This document shows positions 62,142-64,000 of a stretch of DNA of 64,000 nt, in pieces (within the stretch, counting starts at the first letter, position 1; every line of letters begins with the position of its first letter). The DNA comes from an uncultured delta proteobacterium. Lineage in GTDB: Bacteria > Myxococcota > Myxococcia > Myxococcales > Myxococcaceae. The position numbers were made by a program, and so were the translations under genes. Location: the NCBI GenBank assembly GCA_963771175.1, contig CAVYSY010000003.1, positions 64,001-128,000 on the forward strand, given 5' to 3'. The notes beneath the pieces were generated by a model that worked only from the letters and a program-made list of their open reading frames with translations, had not been told where the DNA came from and searched no databases.

Positions 62142-63346
62142 TACGGGTTGATGGTGGTGACGAACTCGGTCTTGCCGTCGCCGACCTTGAGGATGACCGC
62201 CGACTTCACGGCGTTGCGGTTCTCGTCCAGCGACACCGTGCCGGCCACGCCCGGGAAGTCCTTCGTCTGGGCGATGGCGTCACGGATGGCGGGGCCGCTC
62301 AGATCCTTGGCCTTCTCGATGGCCGCGATGGCCACCCTGGCCGCGTCGTAGCCGAGCGCCGCCAGGGCGTCCGGCACGCCGCCGTAGGCCGCCTTGTAGT
62401 CCGCGATGAACTTCTGCGTCTTCGGGTCCGGGTTCTCCGGCGAGTAGTGGTTCGAGAAGTAGCTGCCATCCAGCGCGTTGCCGGCCAGCTCGAAGAGCTT
62501 CTCCGAGTCCCAGCCATCGCCGCCCATCAGCGGCACCCTCAGGCCCAGCTCGTGCGCCTGGCGGGCGATGACGCCCACGTCGCTGTAGTAGCCCGGCACG
62601 TAGATGGCCTGCGGCTTCGTCTTCTTGATGGCGGTGAGCTGCGCGCGGAAGTCGGTGTCGCCCTGCGAGTAGCTCTCCGTGGTCGTCACCTTGCCGCCCA
62701 TCTCCGCGAACGTGCGCTGGAACACCTCGGTGAGGCCGATGGAGTAGGCGCTCTTGTTGTCCTGGAGGACGGCCACCTGGTCCGCCTTCAGGTTCTCACG
62801 GGCGAAGCGCGCCATCACCGCGCCCTGGAAGGGGTCGATGAAGCAGACACGGAAGATGTAGTCCCCCTTCTCCGTCACCTTGGGGTTGGTGGACGAGGGG
62901 CTGATCATCGGCACCCCGGCCGCCTGGGCCTTCTCGGCCATGGCCAGGGAGTTGGACGAGGCCACCTCGCCGAGGATGAGCACCACCTTGTCCTGGGTAA
63001 TCAGCCGGGTGACGGCCTGGGCGGCCTCCTCGGGCTTGCCCTGGTCGTCATAGACGCGCACCGCCAGCTTCTTGCCCTTCACCCCACCGGCGGCGTTGGC
63101 CTCCTTGATGGCCAGCTCGATGCCGTTGCGGGTGGAGACGCCGAAGGTGGCCTGGGCGCCGGTGAGGCTGCCCACCTCGCCGAGCAGGATGGTGTCCGCC
63201 CCTCCGGGCGCGCCCCCGGTCGTCGCGGGCTTGGCTACCTGATCGCCCGGCCCCCCCTCACCGGAGGGAGCGGGTTGCGTCTTCTTCTCGCAGGCCGCCG
63301 CGAACAGGGCGAACGAGGCGAGCAGCATCGGGACGAAACGGCGCAT
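62141..63346 (-). CDS. livK: Branched-chain amino acid ABC transporter substrate-binding lipoprotein (LivK/LivJ-like)
   Basis: AAAC lipobox-like signal, SLTG, YIFRVCFID, DFRAQLT, GGDGW, YDAA. Confidence 0.9.
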   Translation of the reverse strand: MRRFVPMLLASFALFAAACEKKTQPAPSGEGGPGDQVAKPATTGGAPGGADTILLGEVGSLTGAQATFGVSTRNGIELAIKEANAAGGVKGKKLAVRVYDDQGKPEEAAQAVTRLITQDKVVLILGEVASSNSLAMAEKAQAAGVPMISPSSTNPKVTEKGDYIFRVCFIDPFQGAVMARFARENLKADQVAVLQDNKSAYSIGLTEVFQRTFAEMGGKVTTTESYSQGDTDFRAQLTAIKKTKPQAIYVPGYYSDVGVIARQAHELGLRVPLMGGDGWDSEKLFELAGNALDGSYFSNHYSPENPDPKTQKFIADYKAAYGGVPDALAALGYDAARVAIAAIEKAKDLSGPAIRDAIAQTKDFPGVAGTVSLDENRNAVKSAVILKVGDGKTEFVTTINP

Positions 63347-63613
63347 GCGGGGCATCCTCCGGGGTAGGGCCACGTCAAAAGCCCCGGTTTTCTATGGGGA
63401 CCAGACAGAGGGGTCAAGCTCGCAACACCTCGCCAGCCGGCTCCCCCATGGCTTTTTCTACCCCCAGTCCCTGGCGGCAGGGCCCTCGCCGGCCCTCTGG
63501 GAGGGCCGCCAGTCCGGCGAGCCATTCTCGTGCCCACTCCCTGGAGGGTGCCCTCCCGCCTCCTCGGCTCCCACCTTAGAGGCAAGAACAGCATCCCCCG
63601 CGAGGAGGCGGAC

Positions 63614-64000
63614 ATGTACCAGCGCAACGACATCAAGGAAGGCATGACGGTCCGCAGCGTCGACGGCCACAAGCTCGGCAAGGTGTACGCCGTCGGCGAG
63701 ACGGAGTTCCACATCGAGAAGGGCCTCTTCTTCCCCAAGGACTACGCCGTCCGGTACGCGGAGATCAGCGAGCTGCGCAACGGGGAGATCATCCTGGCCC
63801 ACGGCAAGGACAGCCTGCTGATCTCCTCGAACGAGGTGCCCTATGGCTCCGACAGCATCGCCACCCGCGAGGGCATCGGCACCAGCCCGGTCACCCGCGC
63901 GGCGGCCAGCGCGGAGTTCGCCGCGGGCGAGCGCACGGGACTGCCCTTCGGCGCGCGCCCCGAGAACCTGCGCACGCAGGACCTGGGCAACCAGGAGATA
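63614..64000 (+). CDS. Hypothetical protein with PRC-barrel-like N-terminus (possibly YsnF/AvaK family); 3'-truncated by window edge
   Basis: GAGGAGG RBS; MYQRNDIKEGMTVRSVDGHKLGKV...IEKGLFFPKDY; open to the end of the window. Confidence 0.65.
   Translation, partial: MYQRNDIKEGMTVRSVDGHKLGKVYAVGETEFHIEKGLFFPKDYAVRYAEISELRNGEIILAHGKDSLLISSNEVPYGSDSIATREGIGTSPVTRAAASAEFAAGERTGLPFGARPENLRTQDLGNQEI

Overview
GC-rich myxobacterial chromosome window (Cystobacterineae; Archangium/Cystobacter-like, judged from gene content). In order: a MYXO-CTERM-like protein tail, an O-methyltransferase, a UbiA(DPPR synthase)-DprE1-DprE2-like arabinofuranose donor operon, an MCP, a first ACP/type III PKS/fatty acyl-AMP ligase (FAAL) cluster, four M43 lipoprotein metalloproteases (three in tandem, one inverted) around a TonB-dependent receptor/lipoprotein pair, a second type III PKS/ACP/FAAL cluster, and a candidate lipoprotein nuclease toxin-immunity pair. 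Next is a compact microviridin-type (graspetide) RiPP locus: a 70-aa two-core precursor (30447-30659, not called as its own ORF in the supplied track), MvdC- and MvdD-like ATP-grasp ligases, and a coupled acyltransferase-3 stub. After it come a fimU-pilV-pilW-pilX-pilY1 minor pilin operon with a sigma-54-like promoter, proS, a cyclase/response regulator/histidine kinase module, assorted hydrolases and lipoproteins, a DUF2381/Ser-Thr kinase pair and a livKHMGF operon. Roughly two dozen apparent single-base frameshifts, including one in proS, most likely reflect assembly errors. No rRNA, tRNA, CRISPR array or transposase was recognised. All calls come from motif recognition by eye; no searches were run.
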